Assembly (NCBI RefSeq): GCF_006345805.1
Contig: NW_021833453.1
Span: 8,255 to 72,254, forward strand
Direction of reading: 5' to 3'
Origin: Octopus sinensis
Lineage: Eukaryota
Length of the DNA: 64,000 nt
A program made the translations under genes and the position numbers. Shown here in pieces: positions 11,560-22,815 of the stretch (position 1 is its first letter; each line of letters begins with the position of its first letter). Under the pieces are notes generated by a model that saw only the letters and a program-made list of their open reading frames with translations, was not told the DNA's origin and did not search any database.

Positions 11560-12480
11560 GTGACTAGCACTATCCCTACTTTGATTTTCACCACTTCATT
11601 GACTATCCTTGACAGGCCACCTGCCTTCCCTCCTTTGACTCTACAGGTGTCATCTTCTTAACTCATCCTTCTGTTGGCTTTATATAGAGAAGGCTTCTCT
11701 TTCCCACACTTTCTCTATATTCATCAACTTTTCATAGCAGCATTTCCAAGAATTTCTTCTCAGCATGGTAATGGAGAGTGTACTATTGTCACTCTAGATA
11801 TACTTTTCCTGAATGATGTATTGATTCACATACTGACACACTGCGTTGCAATTTAAAACACTTTACCCCTCTCATCATAGTACATTGACAAACCTCTTAT
11901 TTTCTGCTTCTTTCTTTGCTTTATGTTGTCTAGCTTTTCATCTAGTTTCTTGATGTTCTTCCCTACTCTCATCTTATCAGTCATATAGCTTTGATGGGTC
12001 TGTCTCTTGTACCATTCCCCCATCATATCATCATGTTTGGTTGAAACTTTGCTGCAGCAGGCTGTCTTGTATATTTATACTCTTTGTCTTAGGTCATTTT
12101 TCCTTCTCAACATATTCCTCATCTGAAATCTCTTTGAATCAGTGTTTTATAGAGATCTTTCAGTTTCCACACCTTTCTCCAGATTGTCTCATCTCTGAGT
12201 CTGTCTAATTCTTGTTTTTCAAGTTACTAATCATCAAACTATGTTGAATGCTACATTCTTCACCCGTGAAAAACTTAGCTTTCATAATTAGCTGGCCGTC
12301 CTGTTTCCTAGTGAGTGTGTAATTTTTTTGGCATACATGTTCACATGAGCAGCAGATGGTCATGTGACTGGGTTTTTTTCTGGAAGATAACGTTGCAAAT
12401 GTCTTGGTCATTTGTGCTACAAAACACTGAGCCTTCATTCCTTTTACTATATCTATAGCTTCCATGTGTGCATGAGTAGG
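11560..12480 (-). mobile_element. Ancient, heavily decayed RTE fragment
   Basis: Minus-frame YTLTRKQDGQLIMKAKFFTGEECSIQHSLMISNL is homologous to YILARKRERGLLINAKTFPGEECTTQHRLVVSDF of the 1-1739 copy. Boundaries are approximate. Confidence 0.6.
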
Positions 12481-13247
12481 TATCTATGTGTAGCCTAACA
12501 TATCCATTTAAGTCATCAGCCATGATAATAAGGTTGCTGTTTATTCATTATCAAAATGGTCTATAATAGAGCCACATTATAGGAATACAGTGGGTGTAAG
12601 ACAGACCCCCAAATGTTTGTATTATTCATCCTACCACTACTACCATTACCATCACCATCCTCAGTTTTCTGTCCATTTTTTTCTCCCCATTCCTTCAAGC
12701 TTTCACCATTTCTTCCCATGTCATCCTTGGTCTCTTCCTTTCACAAATTCCATCACTTGGACTGCTCAACAGTTTTGGCATGACTGAAATTTTCCATAGA
12801 CATTACTTACCTATGTCTTCCCTCTTATGCATTATGTACAATTCTTCTCAACCACAGTAATTTGTGCATAGTATTGCATTTTTTGTTTGGTTTTTAAGCC
12901 TAAATATTAGAGAATATTACAAGAGAAGTAATTGTTAATCTTTTTTTTTATTCACTTCGGTGCATTGCCATTTTTGGGATTGCATGACTAGAGGAAGTTA
13001 AATGATGTGTCATGAAGAGTTTAAAATCTCAATAATAGAAGAATGTATTCTTCTATGTTGATGTTAATTTGGCACAACTTACATGTCCTAATTAGTAGTG
13101 AAGTAGAGCTTTTGAAAGTATAGCAACTTGTTAAATCAGATTCCTTTTTAATTATTGTTAAAATTTTTCTTTGAAATTATAAAGCTCTAACAAACTATAT
13201 CACATACATTATATTTCAACTATCTCCCCCAAATATATTTTTTGCAG

Positions 13248-13580
13248 CTTGAAATGAAGAACCAAGTAAAACCTCTCTCATTGCTGGCCCATCTTACTTC
13301 ATTGCACCTCATCCACCCACTGTATGTGTCACCAAGGAATCCCGACAGTAGTAATATTGATCTTGAGCTGTTACCTTCCTTCTCTTCTACCCTTGATGGC
13401 AGTAGCAGTGGTCTGACATGTGATGTGCATCTGTTGAACCTACGCACTTTGCAGAACAAGGATGATGACCCCAGCCTAAAATTTGTGCCACAGAACAGTG
13501 CTGCACTCATCTTGCACCGCTTCTCATTTGACTGTGATTTCCCCAACCTGGGACTCAGTTGCACAATTGGAAATGGAAAG
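13248..13580 (+). CDS. MAN2A1: Golgi alpha-mannosidase II penultimate coding exon
   Basis: TTTTTTGCAG acceptor and AAG|GTAAGA donor. Encodes SLLAHLTSLHLIHP...LTCDVHLLNLRTLQ...AALILHRFSFDCDF...CTIGNGK, matching the recalled MAN2A1 LPCDIHLVNLRTIQ and AALILHRKGFDC segments. Confidence 0.92.
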
Positions 13581-13985
13581 GTAAGAATCTTATAGCTACC
13601 TTTTGCAACACCTGTCACTACCACCACCATCCTACTAACACTGTTACTATAACAACACAGAGACAACGGAGCCTCTGTATCGTTACTTGATCTGTTAGAA
13701 ATATCAGTTAGCTCTCCCTCAAATCCAGTCTTTGGATCAAGAGTAACTTTCTTTTATCTCTCACCCAGGGGAAAAAGGAAGAAAACACACACTCAGGTGC
13801 TCACAGACACACACACAAGGCTACTGCCCTACCCTCTCTGAAAGTAAAAAAAAAAATTATTTTGTTAATTTTCACTTGCATATCCCTCATCGTTTTTAAT
13901 TGAATGATTTTTTTGATTTTTTTTTAACTGTCTTTAAATGAAATTATCTAATTAGTTAATTTGTTTCTTTTTATTTTGTTACTAG

Positions 13986-14138
13986 GTGGACTTGAACTCT
14001 TTATTCAAAGATATAAAACTGAAGGACATTCGCAGCACATCTCTGTCTTTGCTGTATGAGAGTAACTCCTCTCTCTCTCAGTCTCACCTCTTCATCAAAC
14101 CAAATGACATAAGTGCCTTCAAGATCACACCATATTAA
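13986..14138 (+). CDS. MAN2A1: Golgi alpha-mannosidase II terminal coding exon
   Basis: TTTTGTTACTAG acceptor. Encodes VDLNSLFKDIKLKDIRSTSLSLLYESN...FIKPNDISAFKITPY then TAA at 14136-14138, matching the TSLSL...L-P-EI-TF C-terminal pattern of the family. Confidence 0.9.
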   Translation: MDLNSLFKDIKLKDIRSTSLSLLYESNSSLSQSHLFIKPNDISAFKITPY

Positions 14139-14819
14139 GCTGATCAATCGATTCACTGCACTGACACACTGATTCTCTGGCCAAAGGAATTGATCCACTT
14201 ACTGAATGGAATCAACAACAGAACTGTTATTCTGGAATGACCATGTGGTTGCTCATCTTACTAGAAATAACAGTGAAATTCCCTGTTTCTCCTGTAAATA
14301 TTACACTGTACCATCCGTAAACTAAAAGATAAAAACAATATGCCTAGAATTTTAAAAAATGGGATGGTCATGACTGGAATACCTTTGAATAGGTTGGACC
14401 TTAGGGTTTAAGCAATAACTAGAATGACTGACTGTCTGACCATCATTGTTGAAGTAGTTTAAATAATGGTGTCAGTAGTGGTGGAGGTTTCGACTGCTAC
14501 TGGCTCTGCAACCACCACCACCACCACTATGACCACAACCACTGCTGTCACTGTGTCCATCCCTCCCAGTGCCACCTGGTGACAAGAGAGCCTCTATGTG
14601 ATCACCCGACATGCTAGAAATAGCAGCAAAAAAGTGAAAGACAAATTGGATAATGCAGTCCACAGGACATAGTGCCTAGAAAATGAATAAATGGGATGGT
14701 TGTAGCCGGAAACTAATGAATGGGATGGTTATAGCCTTTAATCCTGAATAGATATGCTCAATCAAAGCTGACATTGGGCTAAAACCATTACAGCAACAAC
14801 AACAACTAAAACTACTACT

Positions 14820-15740
14820 ACTAACTATCATTGTTGATGGTCGTGGTTGGGAAGGTGAGAATAATGTTGTTGATTGTGATGGTAACTGATGATGACAGTA
14901 TTAAGGATAAAAGATGGTGATGATGGGGATAGAGTATTAAGGATGCTGGATGGTAGTGATGATGATGTTTCTGATGACAACAGTTGATGGTACAGTACGG
15001 ATGAAAGATGTACAACTATGCTTGCTCATACAGGTGATGATGATGATGATGATGATGATGAGAATAAGGGATTACTGATGTTAACAATGATGGTGGTAAT
15101 GATGACTGGCTGAGATGGTGATGGTGGAGCCTGTTACTCCCTCCCTTTCTCCATGCATTTGTTTCCTTCTTGCTCCACACCTCCATCACCCTCCATCCAC
15201 TCAATCACCCAACCACAAACTGAGAACACTTCACCTGTCCCTTTCAATTGGTGCCACTGTCACCACCATTACCACCACCACCTTTCAACACTATATAAGT
15301 CAACGGGAGTGGGAGGGGGACATACTTCCCTATGCTACATTTTGGCTTGTTAGAAATAGAAGTCAAATTGCCCTTGAATCACAACTTGTCTTTAAAAAAA
15401 GTGACCACCACCACCACTATGAGACAAAACAATGTATGTCTTTAGATATTACGCTCTATTGCTTGAAATAGCAGCCAAATTTCCCTTAAATCACAATCCT
15501 AGTTTTAAAAAAGAGACTTCAACTTTGAATCATAGCCTGCCAGGACCATTAAATAAGTCATATTTCACTTAGATTTAAAAAACAAATGAAGACAATTGTG
15601 TTACTGTTATTTATTGCTGCTGCTGCTGTTGAGTATGTGATGATTGTGAAGGTCAAAGTTTGAGATTCTATGGTGGTGGTGGTGGTGGTGGTGGTGGTTG
15701 TGGTGGTGGTGGTGGTGGTGGCGGTGGTGGTGGTGGCTAA
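14820..15740. repeat. Trinucleotide microsatellite cluster: (GAT)n, (CAC)n, (GGT)n
   Basis: Runs at ~15035-15060, 15260-15282 and 15672-15736. Confidence 0.85.
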
Positions 15741-16698
15741 AAGAGAATTTTCTTTGATTGTCACAAATGTTTACTTGGTTTTTTTTTAAACCATATATTT
15801 GAATTTGAATATTTTCACGTGTATGTATCTGTGCATGTAATCAGAGGTGTATATGATGCCACATGCTTCATACTGCTAGTGTTTAATGCAGTTCTATGTG
15901 ATTGGTAATAAAATAAAAAAATTTCTCTTGTGTATGAATGTGTGTGTGCATGCGTATAATATATAAATATGTATGTATGTGTATATATGTATGGATGAAT
16001 GTATATATGTGCATGTACGTCTATATATATATTATGTAAACAGATATATTTGTATATATGTATTTACCTGTATGAGTATCTATCTGTTTATATATGTACA
16101 CACATGTATATTTGTGTGCGACTCACACAAGTACATGTATTTGTATACACATATACATACATATAACTACACTCAACAAACATATATATACATTTGTTCG
16201 CAGATTTAATGTTTGGTCCCCCCCCCTTTAGTATAGGTTAGACAAACGCTTTTTATTGAAGCGTTCCACTCTGCTGCTCTTCCTCTTGCTGACTCTTTTT
16301 TCAAGTTAGTGATTTTTATTCTGCTTGTCTTTGAAGGAGGATTTCTTGACTGGCAGTTGTCAGCATAATGTCACTGCTTTTGTCTTTCAAGCAAAAACAT
16401 TACTAAAACAAAAACACAGAGAGAGAGAGAGAGAGATTCCATCTATCAATTTCTCTCACAAAGCTATAGTAGAAGATGCTGGCCCAACATGCTGCACAGG
16501 GGTATTGAATCCGAAAATCATGTGGTTGCAAATAAAATTTCTTAATCATATAGCCATGCCTGTGTGTGTGTGTGTGTGTGTGTGTGCACATACATACACC
16601 TGTATATACACACAGATATTATGTATAAAACTATAACAGATGAAGCAATTTACATTTCTTGAGAGCCAAAGCACATACCATTCACTCTAGAATTGAAA

Positions 16699-16736
<38 letters not shown>

Positions 16737-17260
16737 AACGTATTGAATGACTTCCAATTTCTTAGTGTCTTGCTACAGACCAAATATCACTCAGTGGAGC
16801 CAGGACTACAGCTAATAATGTTTTCTTTGTCTGAAGAACATTTTATGTAGTTATAGTCATGACTCCATTGATTGTTCTAGTGTTGTATTTCCCTGAATCA
16901 GCTAAGACATGCTCACAGGTACACACACACATACACACACCTACTTACCTACACCTATTTTGGCTTAATTTGGGCAGAGGGAATGACAGGTGCTCTATGA
17001 TGTAATCATTAACAGGATCACCTTGAACTGACCTCTTAGACTGTAAATATCTTACATTATTTATGTGTGTGTGTATATAAATATATATATATGTATATAG
17101 ACATATATGCATTTTTTAAATCATCTGTATTAAATTTTTAAATATTTCTTTTTCATAAAGATTTTGTTGTTCCTTTTTTCTTGTTGAGAAGAGAAAAATA
17201 ATTCCAGATATTGTATACTGTTCTGTTTGTAATTCCATACATTCATATATCTGTCTGTTT

Positions 17261-18030
17261 TGTTACGACCTGGTGGCCATAACCCGAATTTACAGATTCA
17301 ACAAAGATAGGATGAACCCAAATCAACAACACCATGAAATTATTAACAATTGTCAGCATGGAAAAAGCAGCCTACATACAAAAACAAATATATACATTAA
17401 CAAAAAACCAATGCCACACAATACATGCAGTCAAAATATTTACAAAGGTAACATAAATACAGTTCAGAAATTCAGACTCAGAATCACAGCTTCACCAACT
17501 TGATTTCACAAACTTGGATCTGTAACTCTGGATTCACAATTTTTGGTTTCACCAAAATTGGCCTCACACAAACCCTGGCCATACAAATTTGCTTTTTCAA
17601 AAAGATGGATTCCAAACATTTAGATTTCATAAAATCTGGACTTCCATTTTAGTACAAATTCAATTTTTGAACCTTAGACCCAGATGTGACACAGAAATTT
17701 TTTAAAATCTGACGGCAGTTCTGGCGAATTCCTGGAGCATAAAATAAATCCCTAAATACCTAACACAAAGCACAGAGTGCGTAAACTAAGCAGACAATCA
17801 CAGCTTCCAAAATCCAATTGAACAACTTTGTCTCACAGAAAAAACTGTCAGAAAAACTGCGGGGTATAATTATCTTTGCTTATAAAGGTTTGCCAAGGTC
17901 TAGCCAATATGTTATAGTTTCACAGTTTTGGCTAATAATACCTAGCTTCCCCCATTTTGACAATGGACAGTGCAGCATGAAAAACTGTTTACCTGTTTAA
18001 CTTAACATTAGGATTTAATATTTCCTAACA
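17261..18030 (-). mobile_element. 3' LTR (~770 bp) of a Ty3/gypsy element
   Basis: Minus strand TGTTAGG...GTCGTAACA (5-bp inverted termini TGTTA/TAACA), immediately preceded by a polypurine tract and a pol remnant. Confidence 0.75.
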
Positions 18031-18043
18031 TTCCTTTCCCCTT
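18031..18043 (-). promoter_or_regulatory. Polypurine tract (plus-strand primer site)
   Basis: Minus strand AAGGGGAAAGGAA directly abuts the LTR TG. Confidence 0.75.
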
Positions 18044-18155
18044 AAAAGGGAAAATTTTTATGCGCAATAAACAATTTTCAAAAAGATACAAATATCATCC
18101 AGAAAATGTAGAAGTCAAATATGTACTTGTACATAAAATATATACATGGTAAGTG

Positions 18156-18552
18156 CTAACACCTGGATAGTGCAAGTAAATTAGCATTTCCTGCAATATG
18201 ACAAATATTCAAACTAAATTGTGTTGCAGGTACAAGCTCCACCTCAGAATCCTCTGATTAGTGCCTTTCACTTTATTAATGAAAAGTAAGGGATTGTGAT
18301 CTGCTTCACCAAAGCATCAGCTACAGTAGTTGCAGAAACTTCTTTCAACGGAATTGTCTCTGGTGATCCAATACAGTTAATAAGTAGTGATATCCTGCCT
18401 TTGTTCTGGGCAATGGACCAACCACATCAATAATAATCTTGGAAAAGGATTCTTTTACAGCCAGAATGGGCTTTAAGGGTGCCTTGTCCATGGTTGCATT
18501 GGGTTTTCCCACTAACTGACGTGTTACAAGTTCTACAATCACAGACAACATT
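18156..18552 (-). pseudogene. Internally deleted gypsy pol remnant: integrase N-terminal part fused to RNase H C-terminus
   Basis: Reads CRTCNTCQLVGKPN...APLKPILAVKESFSKIIIDVVGPLPRTKAGYHYLLTV...ETIPLKEVSATTVADALVK (integrase), then DHNPLLFINKVKGTNQRILRWSLYLQ...ICHIAGNAN..ALSRC-stop (RNase H tail). Confidence 0.85.
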
Positions 18553-19871
18553 GAATGTACCCCACAACATAGACTAATAGTTAGTGACTTCAGGATCAGG
18601 TCTAAGAGACGACCAACATGGAGAAGAAGGATCTGGAAGCTTAAAGATCCTGCGAATGGACAGAGACTTAGGGACATATTACTTGAAGCCGTTGACGAAG
18701 TAGTAGGAGATATAGCTTCACATAGGGTAGAAGACTACTGGAGGTCTCTAAGGGACAACCTGCCACGGACCAGATCTGTGGATGGTGTAAAGTACCCTCT
18801 CGACTCAAAATAACGTGGTGGTGGAACAATGTTGTAGACAGGGCTATTAGAGAAAAGAGACAGGCTTGGAAGGACTGGAAAAATGGTGGTAGCAGGGAAT
18901 TGTATCAGACTGCCAAAAGAGAAGCTAGGAGACAGGTTTATTTAGCCAGAGGGGAAGCAGATAAGAAAAAATTTGCCAATGTTCTGCGCCGTGAGGACCA
19001 AAGGCTGGAGGTATTCTGTGTTGCAAGACAGTGTGTGAGAGAGAATCGTGATGTTGTAGGAGAGAAATGTGTTCGCATAGATGATGGTTCATTAACACTG
19101 AATGAGGCTGCAAAGAGAGAGGTTTGGAGACACCACTATGAAAGGTTGCTGAATAAAAAAAATGAATGGGATAAAAAGAGTCTGCCGAATGTCGACCCAA
19201 CAGAGGGACCAGCTATCTGAGTTGACAGTTCCTTAGTAGTTAAGGCAATTAGTGGAATGAAGACAGGGAAAGCCCCAGGCCCATCAGGAATTACTGCAGA
19301 GATGCTTAAAATATCTGGTAGTGTCGGCTATAGTCTAGTCACCCATATAGTTAACCAGGTGATACATGAAGGAGTCATACCCAATGACTGGTGTAGCAGC
19401 ATAATAGTCAATTGCTACAAAGGTAAAGGTCACGCTTTTAGATACAAATAATTACAGAGGTATCAAGCTGTTGGATTAGGTAATGAAGGTTACGGAGAGG
19501 GTCATAGCCCAACTGATTAGGGTGAGTGTCAGCTTGGATGAGATGCAGTTTGGTTTAGTGCCAGGGAAAAGCACCACTGATGCTATATTCCTGGTAAGAC
19601 AGCTGCAGGAGAAATATCTAGCCAAAGATAAGCCCCTGTACCTGGCTTTCGTTGACATGCAGAAAGCCTTTGATAGAGTCCCCCGATCCCTTATCAATGA
19701 GGAAACTAGGGATAGATGAATGGTTAGTGAGAGCTGTACAAGCCATGTACACGCTGTCAGTAAGGTGAGGGTTGGCAACGAGTATACTAAAGAATTCAGG
19801 GTAGAGGTAGGGGTCCACCAAGGTTCTGTCCTCACCCCCCTCCTATTTATCATAGTCCTCCAGGCAATAAC
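18553..19871 (+). mobile_element. RTE LINE internal fragment, truncated at both ends
   Basis: Runs from ECTPQHRLIVSDF to GVHQGSVLTPLLFIIVLQAIT. Reverse-complement homolog of the 1-1739 copy, with several frameshifts. Confidence 0.93.
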
Positions 19872-19892
19872 TCCTTCTGAGTCGACTTCACT

Positions 19893-19956
19893 GTCCATAC
19901 CCTTCGGTCCATACCCTTCCGTCCATACCCTTCCGTCCATACCCTTCCGTCCATAC
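19893..19956 (+). repeat. 14-bp minisatellite (GTCCATACCCTTCC) x ~4.6
   Basis: Units at 19893, 19907, 19921, 19935 and a partial at 19949. Confidence 0.95.
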
Positions 19957-20033
19957 ATTATACCTGCCAAATTTAAGACACATTTACAATATTTCAAATC
20001 TCACTTAAAAATTAAAAAATATAAATCCTATTG

Positions 20034-21665
20034 TAAGGGTTAGGGTTAGGGATAGGGGTAGGGTTAGGGTTAGGGTTAGGGTTAGAGTTAGGGAAAGGGT
20101 TAGGGTTAGGGTTAAGTGTAGGGTTAGGGATAGGGTTACGGTTTGGATTAGGGTTTGGATTAGGGTTACGGTAAGGTCTAGGGTCAGGGTTAGGGTAAGG
20201 GGTAGAGTTAGGGTTAGGGTTAGGGTTAAGTGTAGGATTAGGGTTAGGGTTATGGTTTGGATTAGGCTAAGGTAAGGAATTAGAGTCAGGGTTAGGGTTA
20301 GGGTAAGGGGTAGAGTTAGGGTTAGGGTTAGGGGTTAGAGTAAGGGTTAGGGTTAAGTGTAGGTTAGGGTTAGGGTTAGAGTTAGGTTAGGGTTAGGGTA
20401 AGGGTTAGGGTTAGGGTTAGGGTAAGGGATAGAGTTAGTGTTAGGGTTAGGGTTAGGGTTAAGTGTAGGGTTGGGGTTAGGGTTAGGGTTAGCATTAGGG
20501 TTAGGGTTAGGGTTATGGTTTGGATTAGGCTAAGGTAAGGGATTAGAGTCAGGGTTAGGGTAAGGGGTAGATTTAGGGTTAGGGTTAGGTTGTGGGTTAA
20601 GTGTAGGGTTAGGTTAGGGTTAGGGTAAGGGATAGAGTTAGTGTTAGGGTTAGGGTTAGAGTTAGGGTTAGGGTTAGGGTTAGGTTGTGGGTTAAGTGTA
20701 GGGTTAGGGTTAGGGATAGGGTTAAGGTTAGGGTTAGGGTTAGGGCGAGGTTCAGGGATTAGGGTTAGGGTTAGGGTAGGGTTAAGTTTAGGGTTAGCGT
20801 TAGGATTAGGATTAGGGTTAGGGTTAGGGTTAGTGTTAGGGTTAGAGTTAGGGTTAGGGTTATGGTTTGGATTAGGGTTACGGTTAGGGCTAGGGTCAGG
20901 GATTAGAGTCAGGGTTAGGGTAAGGGGTAGAGTTAGTGTTAGGGTTAGGGTTAGGGTAAGGGTTAGGGTTAAGGAAAGGGTTGGGGTTAGGGTTATGGTT
21001 TGGATTAGGGTTACGGTTAGGGCTAGGGTCAGGGATTAGATTCAGGGTTAGGGTAAGGGGTAGAGTTTGTGTTATGGTTAGGGTTAAGGTTAGGGTTAGG
21101 GTTAGGGTTAGGGTTGGGTTTTGGGTTAGGGATAGGGTTAGGGTTAGGGTTACGGTTACGGTCAGGGATTAGAGTCAGGGTAAGGGGTAGAGTTAGGGTT
21201 AGGGTTAGGGTTAGGGTTAGGGTTAGAGTTAGGTTAGGGTTAGGGTTAGGGTTAATGTTAGGGTTAGGGTTAGCTGTAGAGTTAGTGTAAGGGATAGGGT
21301 TAGGGTTAGGTGTAGAGTTAGTTTTAGGGTTAGGGTTAAGTTTAGGGCTAGGGTCAGGGGTTAGAGTCAGGGTTAGGGTTAGGGTTAGGGGTAGAATTAG
21401 GGTTAGGATTAGGTTAGGGTTTGATTAATTTTAAGGTTAGTGTTAGGGTTAGGGTTAGCGTTTGGAGTAGGTTTACGGTTAGGGCTAGTGGTTAGAGTCA
21501 GGTTAGGGTTAGTTTTAGGGTGAGGGGTTAGGGTTAGGGTTGGGGTTAGAGTTTGGCTTAGGGTTAGGGTTAGTGTTGGGGTTAGGGTTAAGGTTAGGGT
21601 TGGGGGTTAGGGTTGGAGTTAGGTTGGGGTTAGGTTTATGGTTAGCATTAGGGTTTGAGTTAGTG
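20034..21665 (+). repeat. Degenerate interstitial telomere-type array (TTAGGG)n, ~1.6 kb
   Basis: About 270 hexamers, canonical TTAGGG mixed with variants such as TTAGAG, TAAGGG, TCAGGG, TTAAGT and TTTGGA. Confidence 0.96.
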
Positions 21666-21756
21666 TCAAATATAAGTTAATTGATAGAAAATAAGCTTAC
21701 GTTGATTGTAAGAGTTCACTGAAATCAGAAAAAGTTTTCAGAAAAGTATTGCAAAT

Positions 21757-22144
21757 GCACACACAAAACTCACATAAAACACAGAAAACATCGACAAAAC
21801 ACACGCAAAATGCACACAATACACACAAAACAAATAAAACACACACCAAAGGCACAAAAAACACGAAAAACTACAAAACAAACAATACGCACACACTAAA
21901 CTCACACAAAACAGACAAAATATACACAGAAGACAAACAAAATACAACTAACAGGAACGCAAAACACAAAAAACAGCAACAAAACAAACAAGACATAAGA
22001 AATATGCAAAACACACCTGAAATCACACAACCCACACAACACAACTACTACTACTATTACTAATACTACTACTACTATTACTAATATTATTACGTCTACT
22101 ATGACAACTACTTCTACTACTACTAATATTACTACTACTATTTT

Positions 22145-22179
<35 letters not shown>

Positions 22180-22214
22180 ATTCTACTAGTACTACTATTT
22201 GTACTACTACTACT
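21757..22214 (+). repeat. G-poor low-complexity module: AC-rich tract then (TAC)n
   Basis: AC-rich 21757-22036, then (TAC/TAA)n 22040-22214. Flanked by the direct repeat AGTATTGCAAAT. Confidence 0.85.
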
Positions 22215-22656
22215 AGTATTGCAAATAAGCATGAAAAAGTCAACAAAATTGCAAATGAGAAATTGTTGCTTCTTAGTGGACATTTAACACATTTGTGACA
22301 TCACTTTTCTGACTCACTTAATGTTGTTTTGGAACTATGTATTAGCTGGTCGATAATAAGATTGTATGTAATAAAATATTTTATTACAATCACTAAAGTC
22401 ATTCATAGAAATCTAAATGTATCAAAATAATGCAAATATGTAAGAATGATAATAATATTAATAATTATAATGATAATAACAAAGTGTTTGTCAGAAAAAT
22501 GACATCTAACAAATGTGTAACGAGTGCACTGAAAAAACAAATTTAAATTTGCAATTTTGTTCACATTTACTTGCTTATTTGCAATACTTAGAATTTTGTT
22601 TTCTGAAAACTTTTCTGATTTCAGTGAACTCTTAAATCAATGCAAGTTTATTTTCA

Positions 22657-22811
22657 AACCAACCCCAACACTAACCCTAACAAAAACCCTAAAATTTACC
22701 CTAACTGTATCCCAAACCCCAAAAACCTAACCTTAAACATAACCCTAATTCCAACAGTATCGGTAACCCAACCCCTGAACACTAACCCTATCCCTAAACG
22801 TAACCCTAACC
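22657..22811 (-). repeat. Short, highly degenerate telomere-type tract in the opposite orientation ((CCCTAA)n on +)
   Basis: ACTAACCCTAA, ACCCTAAC, ACCCTATCCCTAA and GTAACCCTAACC. Confidence 0.75.
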
Positions 22812-22815
22812 ATTT

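Noticed and set aside
14350-15560. Possible additional SINE-like repeats in the 3'UTR region, and a poly(A) signal near 15908
   Set aside because: Short repeated motifs (GGGATGGT, GAAATAGCAGC) and an AATAAA are visible, but boundaries and usage cannot be supported without a repeat library or transcripts.
20641-21290. ORFs rich in GLGLGL / RVRVRV
   Set aside because: These are direct translations of (TTAGGG)n. There is no splice, promoter or codon evidence for a gene.
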